Virus record (IMG/VR): IMGVR_UViG_3300042879_003295
Location: 1 to 57,950 of that record
Direction: 5' to 3' (one strand)
Origin: a virus
Taxonomy: Duplodnaviria; Caudoviricetes
Length of the DNA: 57,950 bases
Both the position numbers and the translations under genes were made by a program. The first letter of the stretch is position 1, and every line of letters starts with the position of its first letter. Positions 18,795 through 26,531 of the stretch are shown piece by piece. The notes under the pieces are model-generated. The model was not told the origin of the DNA, searched no databases, and worked only from the letters and a program-made list of their open reading frames with translations.

Positions 18795-18922
18795 TTTTGC
18801 CCCTCCTTTACAAACTTAACACCACGATAGGTTTCATTGTATTGTTGGGGTTGTTGTGCCTGCTGTTGCTGGCGACGAATTACGGTATCATATTCGACAC
18901 CGCGATATACGACTTTAGACAT
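18791..18922 (-). CDS. DUF4278-family peptide (43 aa)
   Basis: MSKVVYRGVEYD...NETYRGVKF carries two YRGV motifs; AAGGAG RBS; downstream of glutamine aptamers. Confidence 0.8.
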   Translation of the reverse strand: MSKVVYRGVEYDTVIRRQQQQAQQPQQYNETYRGVKFVKEGQK

Positions 18923-18954
18923 TAGGTTTTCTCCTTAATTTTGAGGCTAAAGAG

Positions 18955-19123
18955 CGTTCCTTCAGTCGGCTTTTGCGTCTATGGGGCAATTCTTTGGAGA
19001 AATCTGTTTGATTTCCCAAATTAAGTCATTCTTTGCTTGTTTGGGAATGTCCTGTTTATGAACTCTCCCAGCAATCAACTGTGCTTGTAGGCAAGTGAGG
19101 ATGAGTGTTTCCATAGATGAACG
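18955..19123 (-). ncRNA. Glutamine riboswitch aptamer 2 (glnA-like) with an expanded P2 loop
   Basis: CGTTCA-TCTATGG..(~125 nt)..CCATAGA-CGCAAAAG-CCGA-CT-GAAGGAACG; P1 = CGTTC/GAACG. Confidence 0.7.
18962..19114 (-). CDS. 50-aa peptide nested within riboswitch aptamer 2
   Basis: METLILTCLQAQLIAGRVHKQDIPKQAKNDLIWEIKQISPKNCPIDAKAD; open frame spanning the whole P2 insertion. Confidence 0.65.
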   Translation of the reverse strand: METLILTCLQAQLIAGRVHKQDIPKQAKNDLIWEIKQISPKNCPIDAKAD

Positions 19124-19126
19124 ATC

Positions 19127-19166
19127 CGTTCCGAGTCGGCTTACTTCCGTCCCATAGGGATGAACG
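19127..19166 (-). ncRNA. Glutamine riboswitch aptamer 1 (glnA-like)
   Basis: CGTTCA-TCCC-TAT-GGGA-CGGAAGTAAG-CCGA-CT-CGGAACG with P1 CGTTC/GAACG and the GGAAGTA junction. Confidence 0.78.
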
Positions 19167-19176
19167 TTAGGGAATT

Positions 19177-19228
19177 ATTATACCCTATTTAAATTATATA
19201 TGCAAGTAATTTTGTAATGTTTGATACA
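19177..19228 (-). promoter_or_regulatory. Sigma70 promoter with upstream NtcA box
   Basis: TTGCAT-N17-TATAAT (19177-19205) and TGTA-N8-TACA (19213-19228). Confidence 0.75.
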
Positions 19229-19232
19229 AAAA

Positions 19233-20261
19233 TTAACCAGCGGGCTTCATTTTAACACCAAGTTTTTGTTGGCGCTTAACATCAGATTGTCTTGCTTTCG
19301 CAAGTGCTTTCTGTTTTTGTGCTTCATCTTGCTTCTTATAAGCACCTGCAAATAATGATCTACCAATTCTCTCAAATGGATTGGAAGAAGTTCTGGCAAG
19401 AGTGCTTGGATCTGCTGCTCTCTTATAAACTGCCTTGCCACCCTTAAATGCAAGGTGTCCTACTGCTTCTTTTCCTTTAGCGTCTCTTACAACAGAAGTC
19501 TTATCTAGTTGTACCGTTTTTCTTTGCTTACCAACACCAGTGGACATAAAGGCAGTTCCACCCTTACCTTTACTAAAGGTAGTCTTACCACCAATACCTG
19601 ACAATCCACCCCCTGCTTGCGATTTACGCTGCCTTTGCGCCATCGCTGCCTTCTCCTTACCAGTTGCACCTGCAACGACCTCAGATGCCTTTCCAGCGAG
19701 TCCTGAACCTGCCATGTATCCACCAATGCCACCAACGACACCACCAACTGCAGTGCCTACAGGACCACCCAGTGCGGTGCCAATAGCAGCACCACCTGCA
19801 GCACCAGCCTTCATACCTGCTAGGCCACCTGCTGCTTTAGTTGCACCCATTGCAAGAGAGGATCCAGTCTTACGCCCTCTTTGTTTTTGTGCCGCTGCCT
19901 CCAATCCAGTATCAAGAGCTACTTGTACTGGAGTTGCTGCTTTACCAATAAATCCCTTTATCTTTCCAAATCTTCCAGCGTCTTTTAATGCTGCAGATCC
20001 AAGTTCAGCAGCAGTTTTAACATTCTGTGCTCCTTTAAGAGCTTTTGTTACATTAGCAGCTGCTGATGGTTTAGCAGTTGTACCTCTGACAGTCGATCCA
20101 GGAACTTTAGTTCTTCTTGCCTTTAATTTTGCCTTCTGAGCAGGAGTTAAATCTTTTCTAGCGTCAATTTCATCAACACTCATCCCACCCCCAGAAGCGG
20201 GAGTACCAGATGCGTCAGACCATTTATCTGCTTCTGTGATAAACTCTCTAAAGGACTTCAT
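19233..20261 (-). CDS. Gly/Ala/Lys-rich protein with glycine zipper, putative internal head protein
   Basis: N-terminus MKSFREFITE resembles the T4 capsid-targeting sequence; GxxxG repeats; TATAAATA late promoter upstream. Confidence 0.6.
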   Translation of the reverse strand: MKSFREFITEADKWSDASGTPASGGGMSVDEIDARKDLTPAQKAKLKARRTKVPGSTVRGTTAKPSAAANVTKALKGAQNVKTAAELGSAALKDAGRFGKIKGFIGKAATPVQVALDTGLEAAAQKQRGRKTGSSLAMGATKAAGGLAGMKAGAAGGAAIGTALGGPVGTAVGGVVGGIGGYMAGSGLAGKASEVVAGATGKEKAAMAQRQRKSQAGGGLSGIGGKTTFSKGKGGTAFMSTGVGKQRKTVQLDKTSVVRDAKGKEAVGHLAFKGGKAVYKRAADPSTLARTSSNPFERIGRSLFAGAYKKQDEAQKQKALAKARQSDVKRQQKLGVKMKPAG

Positions 20262-20283
20262 TATTCTTTGACACTTTTTTAGA

Positions 20284-20291
20284 TATTTATA
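20284..20291 (-). promoter_or_regulatory. T4-type late promoter
   Basis: TATAAATA about 22 nt upstream of the start codon at 20261. Confidence 0.7.
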
Positions 20292-20309
20292 AAAAACCCC
20301 ACAGACAAA

Positions 20310-20341
20310 AAAATACCTGGAAAAATTTTTCCAGGTATTTT
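20310..20341. repeat. Perfect 32-bp palindrome, probable terminator
   Basis: AAAATACCTGGAAAAA-TTTTTCCAGGTATTTT in an intergenic gap. Confidence 0.75.
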
Positions 20342-20345
20342 GAAA

Positions 20346-20699
20346 TCACTTCCGCTTTTTGGTTTTGGGTGCTTGATAACCCCAAGTCTTAGGGTTATAT
20401 CTTCCATATCCAAAACCAATACTCTTTAAGTTTTCACGAAACTTATCCCAGTACATATCAAATAAGCGAATTTTTGTACCCCTCGTAAGATCAAAACATA
20501 ACTCATTATCTACAAAGTACTTTACAATATAAGCATCGCTTGGTGCTTCTTTAGTACACACTTCAGCATACGAACCATTTTCAACTAAAATATCACAACC
20601 GTAGCGTGACTTACAATTTTCTTTTTCCGCTGATGTCCAATGGTCCATATGCTTTTCGTTAGGAGTCGTTTCAGATACCTCAGTAATATTTGCTTCCAT
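20346..20699 (-). CDS. Hypothetical protein
   Basis: GGAG RBS 8 nt before the ATG at 20699. Confidence 0.75.
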   Translation of the reverse strand: MEANITEVSETTPNEKHMDHWTSAEKENCKSRYGCDILVENGSYAEVCTKEAPSDAYIVKYFVDNELCFDLTRGTKIRLFDMYWDKFRENLKSIGFGYGRYNPKTWGYQAPKTKKRK

Positions 20700-20723
20700 T
20701 ATATACACTCCAAGTATAGTTGT

Positions 20724-21335
20724 TCAGGAACGATTACCCCATTTGATATCAGGATAAGCTTCTGCAACAATTTCTTTCGTAAGTTTATACTTAGATTGCA
20801 AGTTCTTATCTTTCACCAAAATAAGAATTTGTGCTTCGAGTGGATGTAGACCATTGAGGATATTGATAAACATCGTTTCTCTACGAAGAGAACTTAGACT
20901 ATCATTACCACCTCTCACAAAGTTATAAAACTTTTGGTATTCTTTTCTAATTGTAGATTTTCCTTGATCGGATGCGCCAAGAGAATTAGATCCCAATTCC
21001 CCCATTTTATAAACTGCATCCTCAATTCTACTACTCAAAGTTCCACTGCTGGTGTTTTGTTCATCCAAACCACCATAAGGAACTTCACCTGGAGGGAGCA
21101 CAGAAATAATGCTCTCATCAAAGTTCCAGATTAAAACTGATACCAATGAGGGATCTCTATACTTTTGTAGTGCTTCTACTTTGCGGGCATTAGTCCTTTG
21201 CTTATCAACAATCTGTAAAACCTCAAAAGCAAAAGGATTTGCTGGAAGTTGAGGAATTGGTGCAGGAGTTGTTGCTTTCTTAGTTGTCTTTGGAGTAGTT
21301 GTTTTACTCGTCGTCTTCGGTTTCGTCGTAGTCAT
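20724..21335 (-). CDS. Conserved T4-like phage hypothetical protein
   Basis: LIWNFD.....LP.G.VPY, RRETMFI.IL.GLHP.EA.IL..VKDK.L pattern. Confidence 0.75.
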   Translation of the reverse strand: MTTTKPKTTSKTTTPKTTKKATTPAPIPQLPANPFAFEVLQIVDKQRTNARKVEALQKYRDPSLVSVLIWNFDESIISVLPPGEVPYGGLDEQNTSSGTLSSRIEDAVYKMGELGSNSLGASDQGKSTIRKEYQKFYNFVRGGNDSLSSLRRETMFINILNGLHPLEAQILILVKDKNLQSKYKLTKEIVAEAYPDIKWGNRS

Positions 21336-21531
21336 AATCGGTATTTTCAAATCTAAATGCAATCACTTCATCTGGGATCAAGTTTCCTTGAGAATCGAAC
21401 ATTTCGGGATGAGGTCTAGGAATTTCTCGATAGTTCATCATATACTCTCGCGCAACCCATCCAGTTACAAGCCCCACTAGAAGAAACAAAATAGTCAGAA
21501 AGGATCCAAAAACTAAACTTACTGCTAACAT
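21304..21531 (-). CDS. Small membrane protein
   Basis: N-terminal hydrophobic helix followed by HPEMFD..GN.IPDE. Confidence 0.7.
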   Translation of the reverse strand: MLAVSLVFGSFLTILFLLVGLVTGWVAREYMMNYREIPRPHPEMFDSQGNLIPDEVIAFRFENTDYDYDETEDDE

Positions 21532-21553
21532 TTTTCTGCCCTCCTTAGGGTTC

Positions 21554-21760
21554 TTATTTTTTAATTCCCAAAGATACTTCGAAATAAAAGTGAATTTCTC
21601 TTCGGAAAAAATTAAATATTCTTCCAAACTTTATTGCGCGAGTTGTGAATTTCCTTGCTTTGCCTCCAGATAAAATGTAGTCTACACCTCTGTTCGAGAT
21701 ATTGTTATTTATGGGTGCATCAGACAACTTTGTGTTCTTTAAGGAATTTGATCGTCTCAA
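21554..21760 (-). CDS. Hypothetical protein (start uncertain)
   Basis: Fills the gap between glutaredoxin and the next gene on the coding strand. Confidence 0.5.
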   Translation of the reverse strand: MRRSNSLKNTKLSDAPINNNISNRGVDYILSGGKARKFTTRAIKFGRIFNFFRREIHFYFEVSLGIKK

Positions 21761-21956
21761 CAGATCCTCCTAGTTTTTTATCGTCACAAATTACTTGTGG
21801 AAAAGTAGATCCTTTACCAAACTCAGAATAAAACTCGTCTTTAGTAAAGTGCTCTCCCAAAGTATACACTACAAAGTTACTTCCTGTCAACTCCAACACT
21901 TGTTTAACCTTGTAGCAATATGGGCAATCCTCTTTTGAATATACAGTAAAGTTCAT
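21720..21956 (-). CDS. Glutaredoxin
   Basis: CPYC active site, TFPQV and GG motifs. Confidence 0.93.
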   Translation of the reverse strand: MNFTVYSKEDCPYCYKVKQVLELTGSNFVVYTLGEHFTKDEFYSEFGKGSTFPQVICDDKKLGGSVETIKFLKEHKVV

Positions 21957-21981
21957 AGTTTTTATAAAGTATACTAGATTT

Positions 21982-22767
21982 TTAATATAATGTCAAACTA
22001 GTAGTTCCAACTCCAGAAACAGTAAAAGTTAATTGATTACCAACAGTTTGAATTGAAACCCCAGATAAAGAACCAGCAGTAGAAGCATATGATACGGTAC
22101 TAATTCCCACTGGTGTTGAGAAAGAAGAAAATACAATGTTAGGGGTAGATGATCTTACTACAATACTTTGATTTGCAGAGAGAACAACATTAGAAATAGT
22201 AAAAGATTCATTTTCTTCTATTGATTTACCAAAAATTAAATAATCATTTGAGGTAAAGCTCTCAATTCCTGATGAAGAAATTCCAATTGAAAAAGCAGAA
22301 GATCTAAAACTTTTATTATTGACACTTATAGTTATATTAGCATCTTCTTCTGCGGTTAGCAACAATAAATTAGTATTGACAGGATTAGTTGTCAAATTAG
22401 TCTTTAATGAATTTTCTTTACCAAAAGTTGGTGCTGCTCCAATATAATCAAAAACAGAAAAAGCAATAAAAGATATATCTGATTTTGAAGCTCTACAGTA
22501 AAGAGTATTTCCCGAACTAATTCCTATATTTGGTAGTGACACATACTCTCTTGGTTTGAGAGTCTGACCCAAAACAATATAATCAGAATCTGTTATTCCA
22601 CTCAATCCTGAACTACTTAAACCTACTGTAAACTTTGCACTCTCAATTCCTTGATTAGTGACATGAACAGTTATATTTGAGGAATTATGAGACGAAGTAT
22701 ACAACTCCAGGTTCGTATTAATTCCTGTAACTACAGTCTTGAGAGAATTAAGTCTGCCTAATGCCAC
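21982..22767 (-). CDS. Ser/Thr-rich putative virion protein with two tandem beta domains
   Basis: Internal repeat (NITV.V.N....A.F.VG.SSSG......DY...G) occurring twice; GTG start; ATAAATA upstream. Confidence 0.6.
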   Translation of the reverse strand: MALGRLNSLKTVVTGINTNLELYTSSHNSSNITVHVTNQGIESAKFTVGLSSSGLSGITDSDYIVLGQTLKPREYVSLPNIGISSGNTLYCRASKSDISFIAFSVFDYIGAAPTFGKENSLKTNLTTNPVNTNLLLLTAEEDANITISVNNKSFRSSAFSIGISSSGIESFTSNDYLIFGKSIEENESFTISNVVLSANQSIVVRSSTPNIVFSSFSTPVGISTVSYASTAGSLSGVSIQTVGNQLTFTVSGVGTTSLTLY

Positions 22768-22831
22768 GTATCTACACAGATCTTTTTTAATATTTATGTG
22801 ATAGAATACATAGTATAGCATAGGGGTGGTT

Positions 22832-23626
22832 ATGATCCTTCTGACTGGATATAAAGGTTTTATTGGGCAACATTTTGTCAAAGATGCATTGTGGTGCCAA
22901 CAAGTGTATCGAGTTGAGATGAGTCATTGCTTTAAATTCCTGGAAGAATTTGCGGATTGGGAAAGAGTTCACCTAATAGTTCATCAAGGAGCAATCTCTA
23001 GTACGGTAGAAAAAGATATAAACAAAATCCACACATACAATGTTGACTTCTCAATCAAGTTATTTGAGAAAGCAATCGAGTATAATATTCCAGTCAAATA
23101 TGCATCATCAGCATCTGTTTATGGAAACAAAACTGATGGTAGTGTAAATCCACTTAACTACTATGCAATCTCAAAATTGCAAGTAGACTACTGGGTACAA
23201 GACAACATAGACAAGTTTAAAAGTATTCAGGGATTCAGATACTTTAATGTTTATGGTGATGGGGAAGAACACAAAAAAGATCAGGCAAGTCCTGTCAGTA
23301 AGTTTACCTGGCAAATCAGAGAGAAGGGATATCTGAATCTATTTGAGGGTTCTGATCAACTCTATCGTGACTTTGTTTGTGTAAAAGATTTGACTAGGTT
23401 AGTTCTATACAATAATAAACCAAGTGGTATCTATGATATTGGAACAGGTAAACCAGTATCGTTCCAGCACGTTGCAGAATGTGTAGCAAAAAAAGAGGGA
23501 GGAGACATTCGTTACATCCCCTTCCCTGAGCATCTAGTTGGTAAATATCAAAACTATACTTGTGCAGATATGTCCTGGATTCAGGATTATCCTTTCGTCA
23601 CTGTTGAAGAATATCTCCAGGTATAA
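22832..23626 (+). CDS. hldD: ADP-L-glycero-D-manno-heptose 6-epimerase-like SDR
   Basis: TG..GFIG, HQGAISST.E, YASSASVYG, PLNYYAISK, RYFNVYG..E.HK. Confidence 0.85.
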   Translation: MILLTGYKGFIGQHFVKDALWCQQVYRVEMSHCFKFLEEFADWERVHLIVHQGAISSTVEKDINKIHTYNVDFSIKLFEKAIEYNIPVKYASSASVYGNKTDGSVNPLNYYAISKLQVDYWVQDNIDKFKSIQGFRYFNVYGDGEEHKKDQASPVSKFTWQIREKGYLNLFEGSDQLYRDFVCVKDLTRLVLYNNKPSGIYDIGTGKPVSFQHVAECVAKKEGGDIRYIPFPEHLVGKYQNYTCADMSWIQDYPFVTVEEYLQV

Positions 23627-23963
23627 TTCTATAACTATCTTCATCAAAGTGTTGGGTTGAGAACTCAAACACTTCAGCATCTTCTAATGCAACCATCTGA
23701 TGCCGAACTCCACGAGGAACGTGAAACTTATCACCTTTAACTAGAACTATGTGATTAGCATTATCGTAATCATCATTTACCCCATAGTAAAGACGAATAG
23801 CACCCGACTGAACGTAGAAGGTTTCATCTTTGAGTTTATGATAATGATAGGAGCAGCTTCTATCTTTTAAAATAAACAGTAGTTTACCACAATACTCTTC
23901 ACTGTTAGCAATCCATTTTTCATATCCCCAACCTTTGGGAACGTATTTAATTGAAGAATTCAT
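23598..23963 (-). CDS. Cupin protein (sugar isomerase-like)
   Basis: KGWGYE.W, S.HYH..KDETF.V, H.M....D..V.E.ST. Confidence 0.8.
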   Translation of the reverse strand: MNSSIKYVPKGWGYEKWIANSEEYCGKLLFILKDRSCSYHYHKLKDETFYVQSGAIRLYYGVNDDYDNANHIVLVKGDKFHVPRGVRHQMVALEDAEVFEFSTQHFDEDSYRIIPGDILQQ

Positions 23964-24279
23964 TGTCGCTCATTCCTTTATCATCTATGTAGTAATCGGC
24001 GGAAGGTTTCCCCATATGCAGTTCATGGAATTTACATCCCCAAGATTTTAATTGTCTATAAGTTAGATCATAAAATTCTTTATGCGCCATCATACGAGAA
24101 TTTTTAAATCTACCCATTCCCCTTGCAGTTAAGTAAATGATATAATTTCCTTCATCATATAACTGATTTATTTTTGCAATTCTTTCTGGTTTTGCAACAC
24201 TTGTTTCATAATTGCAATCCGATCTACAAACTGGTTTATCGCAGATTGTACCATCAATATCTATACAATAGGTTTTCAT
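23947..24279 (-). CDS. Small HAD-family phosphatase
   Basis: DIDGT, TAR, GKP..D.YIDDK motifs. Confidence 0.85.
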   Translation of the reverse strand: MKTYCIDIDGTICDKPVCRSDCNYETSVAKPERIAKINQLYDEGNYIIYLTARGMGRFKNSRMMAHKEFYDLTYRQLKSWGCKFHELHMGKPSADYYIDDKGMSDNEFFN

Positions 24280-25394
24280 CGTTCTGGACCCAAATACAAT
24301 GTTTTTAGTGGATGTTTAGTTGTAGATTTAGTAGCAGCATAATAATCTAACTTCGCAAGACCAATAGCAGTTCCAGCATCTGTTGAGATTGGTTCCACAT
24401 ACAATTTCACACCTTTTGGTAAATGCTCAAGGTATTTGTAATTAGCAACACAATTTAAAGCACATCCCCCAGTCAAAACAATATTATTTTCTTCAGTAAT
24501 CTCTAAAGTTTTTTTAATAAGATTGATCATATAAGTCTCAAAATCTTCTTGGAGTCTATATGCAAGATTGCAAAAAATTTGTGCTTCTTTTGATTTTTGA
24601 TCTAGTGAGTTAAACTTTTTGATAGATTCAGGATACTTAATATAATCATATGGAATCAATCGTATTCCATATCTGGTTCTATAAAACAAAGATGTATCTA
24701 AAGTCCCATCAGAATTTAAAAATGGTTTAATTTTTTTATCTAGTTTTCCATAGGCAGATAAACCCATTAATTTTCCAGATCCAAAGTCACCAAATCCAAA
24801 GTAGTTAGATAATGCATTATAAACCATTCCTATCCCAAAAGTCAAATCATACTTTTGCATTCCAGTGAGATAGGTTGGAGTATAATTTTGAGCGTGTAGA
24901 TAAAATAAATTTGGATAAGAGCAACTATAAATGGACTCGACCTCGTGAAGATCTTTATACTCATCTAAATCATTTACTGGGTTACCTATACCATCAACAA
25001 CTAAAACAGCAGATCTAGTAAATCCAGAATTGTAAAATCCACAAGCTGCGTGAAAAACATGGTGTTGAGGAAATGATTCATACTCAATTTCATTTACAAA
25101 GTCTTTATTTTGATACTTATTGTGAAGATTTTTCTTTACTAGTATCGTAGCAGTTTTATAAAATAATTCTGTTTCTTTAGTATCGTGAGGTTCACATAAA
25201 GAAGACATCTGAATTTTTCTAATATTTTCAGAAATATTAGATTGTGTAAGACTCATATAAGGAAATTCATCATGCTTGGTTCTAGTTAATCTTTCTTCCT
25301 CAATAAACCAATCAATTTTACCATCAGTCAATTGACAAACTGAAGCATCGTGAGAAACGTGAACTCCTAATGAAGATTTATTTTTTCTCATCAT
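24276..25394 (-). CDS. Carbamoyltransferase, N-terminal (Kae1-like) domain only
   Basis: HDAS, EEERL.R.K, HH.FHA, VDG.G, GKLMGL..YG, GGCALNC.AN, D.G.AIG; ends at LYLGP. Confidence 0.85.
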   Translation of the reverse strand: MMRKNKSSLGVHVSHDASVCQLTDGKIDWFIEEERLTRTKHDEFPYMSLTQSNISENIRKIQMSSLCEPHDTKETELFYKTATILVKKNLHNKYQNKDFVNEIEYESFPQHHVFHAACGFYNSGFTRSAVLVVDGIGNPVNDLDEYKDLHEVESIYSCSYPNLFYLHAQNYTPTYLTGMQKYDLTFGIGMVYNALSNYFGFGDFGSGKLMGLSAYGKLDKKIKPFLNSDGTLDTSLFYRTRYGIRLIPYDYIKYPESIKKFNSLDQKSKEAQIFCNLAYRLQEDFETYMINLIKKTLEITEENNIVLTGGCALNCVANYKYLEHLPKGVKLYVEPISTDAGTAIGLAKLDYYAATKSTTKHPLKTLYLGPER

Positions 25395-26167
25395 AACAAA
25401 CTCCCAATATCATCAGAAGTTAATGAATAAGTTCCTGGTTGCTGCACAACAATAGAAGCAACTTTATTTGCTAATGATATTGCAGACCCCATATCATTAA
25501 ACATTAAATATCCATAAACTAGTCCAGAAAGAAAAGCATCTCCAGCACCAACAACATCATACACATTTACTGATTGTGATGGATAAATGTTATTATCATA
25601 CATTGCACCTTGTGACCCAAGTGTAACAATCAGTTGAGAATCATCTGGTTTATTCTTTAAACCATCAAACTCTTTCTGGTTAATTTTAAAATAAGTATTT
25701 GATTCAGTATATAAATCTTTCTTTTTAGTATCAATAAAAACGGGACCATTAAAGTTTTGTGATATCAATTTAAGATCATCAATTGATAAAAACCCTTTAT
25801 TATAATCAGAAATGACTATAGCATCATATTTGTAGTGTAAAAACGCCGCACGAACTTCAGCATTTTTAATTGGACTAACTTTAATGTCGTGATCAATTCT
25901 GAGTAGTTGATGATTTGATTCTTGATCAACTACTCTTACTTTTTTTATCTCTTCTTTATTTGTAATTAAATTGACAAAACATCCAAATGCTTGCAAATTT
26001 TTCTTAACATTTGATGCCATTCCAGAAAAAGATTCTTCATGGCAATACTCAACTACAGGAACAGGTGCTTCTGGACTAATTCGATTTACTTGACCATATA
26101 AGTAAATGTCTTCACAGGTTTCCCCCATCAATAATATTTTGAATGGTTCTTGTCGTTGCATAGTCAC
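25391..26167 (-). CDS. Heptose-7-phosphate kinase (HldE kinase domain/HldA-like, PfkB family)
   Basis: RISPEAPVPV, SDYNKG, DVVGAGD. Confidence 0.88.
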   Translation of the reverse strand: MTMQRQEPFKILLMGETCEDIYLYGQVNRISPEAPVPVVEYCHEESFSGMASNVKKNLQAFGCFVNLITNKEEIKKVRVVDQESNHQLLRIDHDIKVSPIKNAEVRAAFLHYKYDAIVISDYNKGFLSIDDLKLISQNFNGPVFIDTKKKDLYTESNTYFKINQKEFDGLKNKPDDSQLIVTLGSQGAMYDNNIYPSQSVNVYDVVGAGDAFLSGLVYGYLMFNDMGSAISLANKVASIVVQQPGTYSLTSDDIGSLL

Positions 26168-26531
26168 TTATTCTATTAAAAAATATTAATTCAGAAGCAT
26201 ACATTGATCCTATAACAGATTTATCTTTCCAATCGGATCCAACTATCATTATATCAGGTTTGATATTATTGATCAACTGCTCTAGTTGCTCATCAGAATC
26301 AAAAAGATAAACTTCGTCAACCGATTTTAAATTCTCAAGAAAAAATTTTCTCTCTTCTTGATTATATATTGGTCTTGTAATTCCTTTCTTTTCTTTTACT
26401 CTTCTATCAGTATCAATACCAACATATAAAATGTCACCCAGAGACTTTGCATAATTTAATAACTCTAAGTGTCCACGATGTAAAAGATCAAAGGTTCCGT
26501 TTACAAAAATTTTTTTAATTACTTTCCCCAT
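26112..26531 (-). CDS. Heptose-1-phosphate adenylyltransferase (HldC-like, cytidylyltransferase family)
   Basis: NGTFDLLHRGH, D..VK..KG..RPI, GSDW. Confidence 0.85.
   Translation of the reverse strand: MGKVIKKIFVNGTFDLLHRGHLELLNYAKSLGDILYVGIDTDRRVKEKKGITRPIYNQEERKFFLENLKSVDEVYLFDSDEQLEQLINNIKPDIMIVGSDWKDKSVIGSMYASELIFFNRISDYATTRTIQNIIDGGNL

Noticed and set aside
18704-18925. 73-aa plus-strand ORF
   Set aside because: The minus-strand DUF4278 and 33-aa ORFs have an RBS, promoter and riboswitch support; this one has none
19435-20139. 234-aa Pro/Ala-rich plus-strand ORF
   Set aside because: Mirror of the Gly/Ala codons in the 342-aa gene
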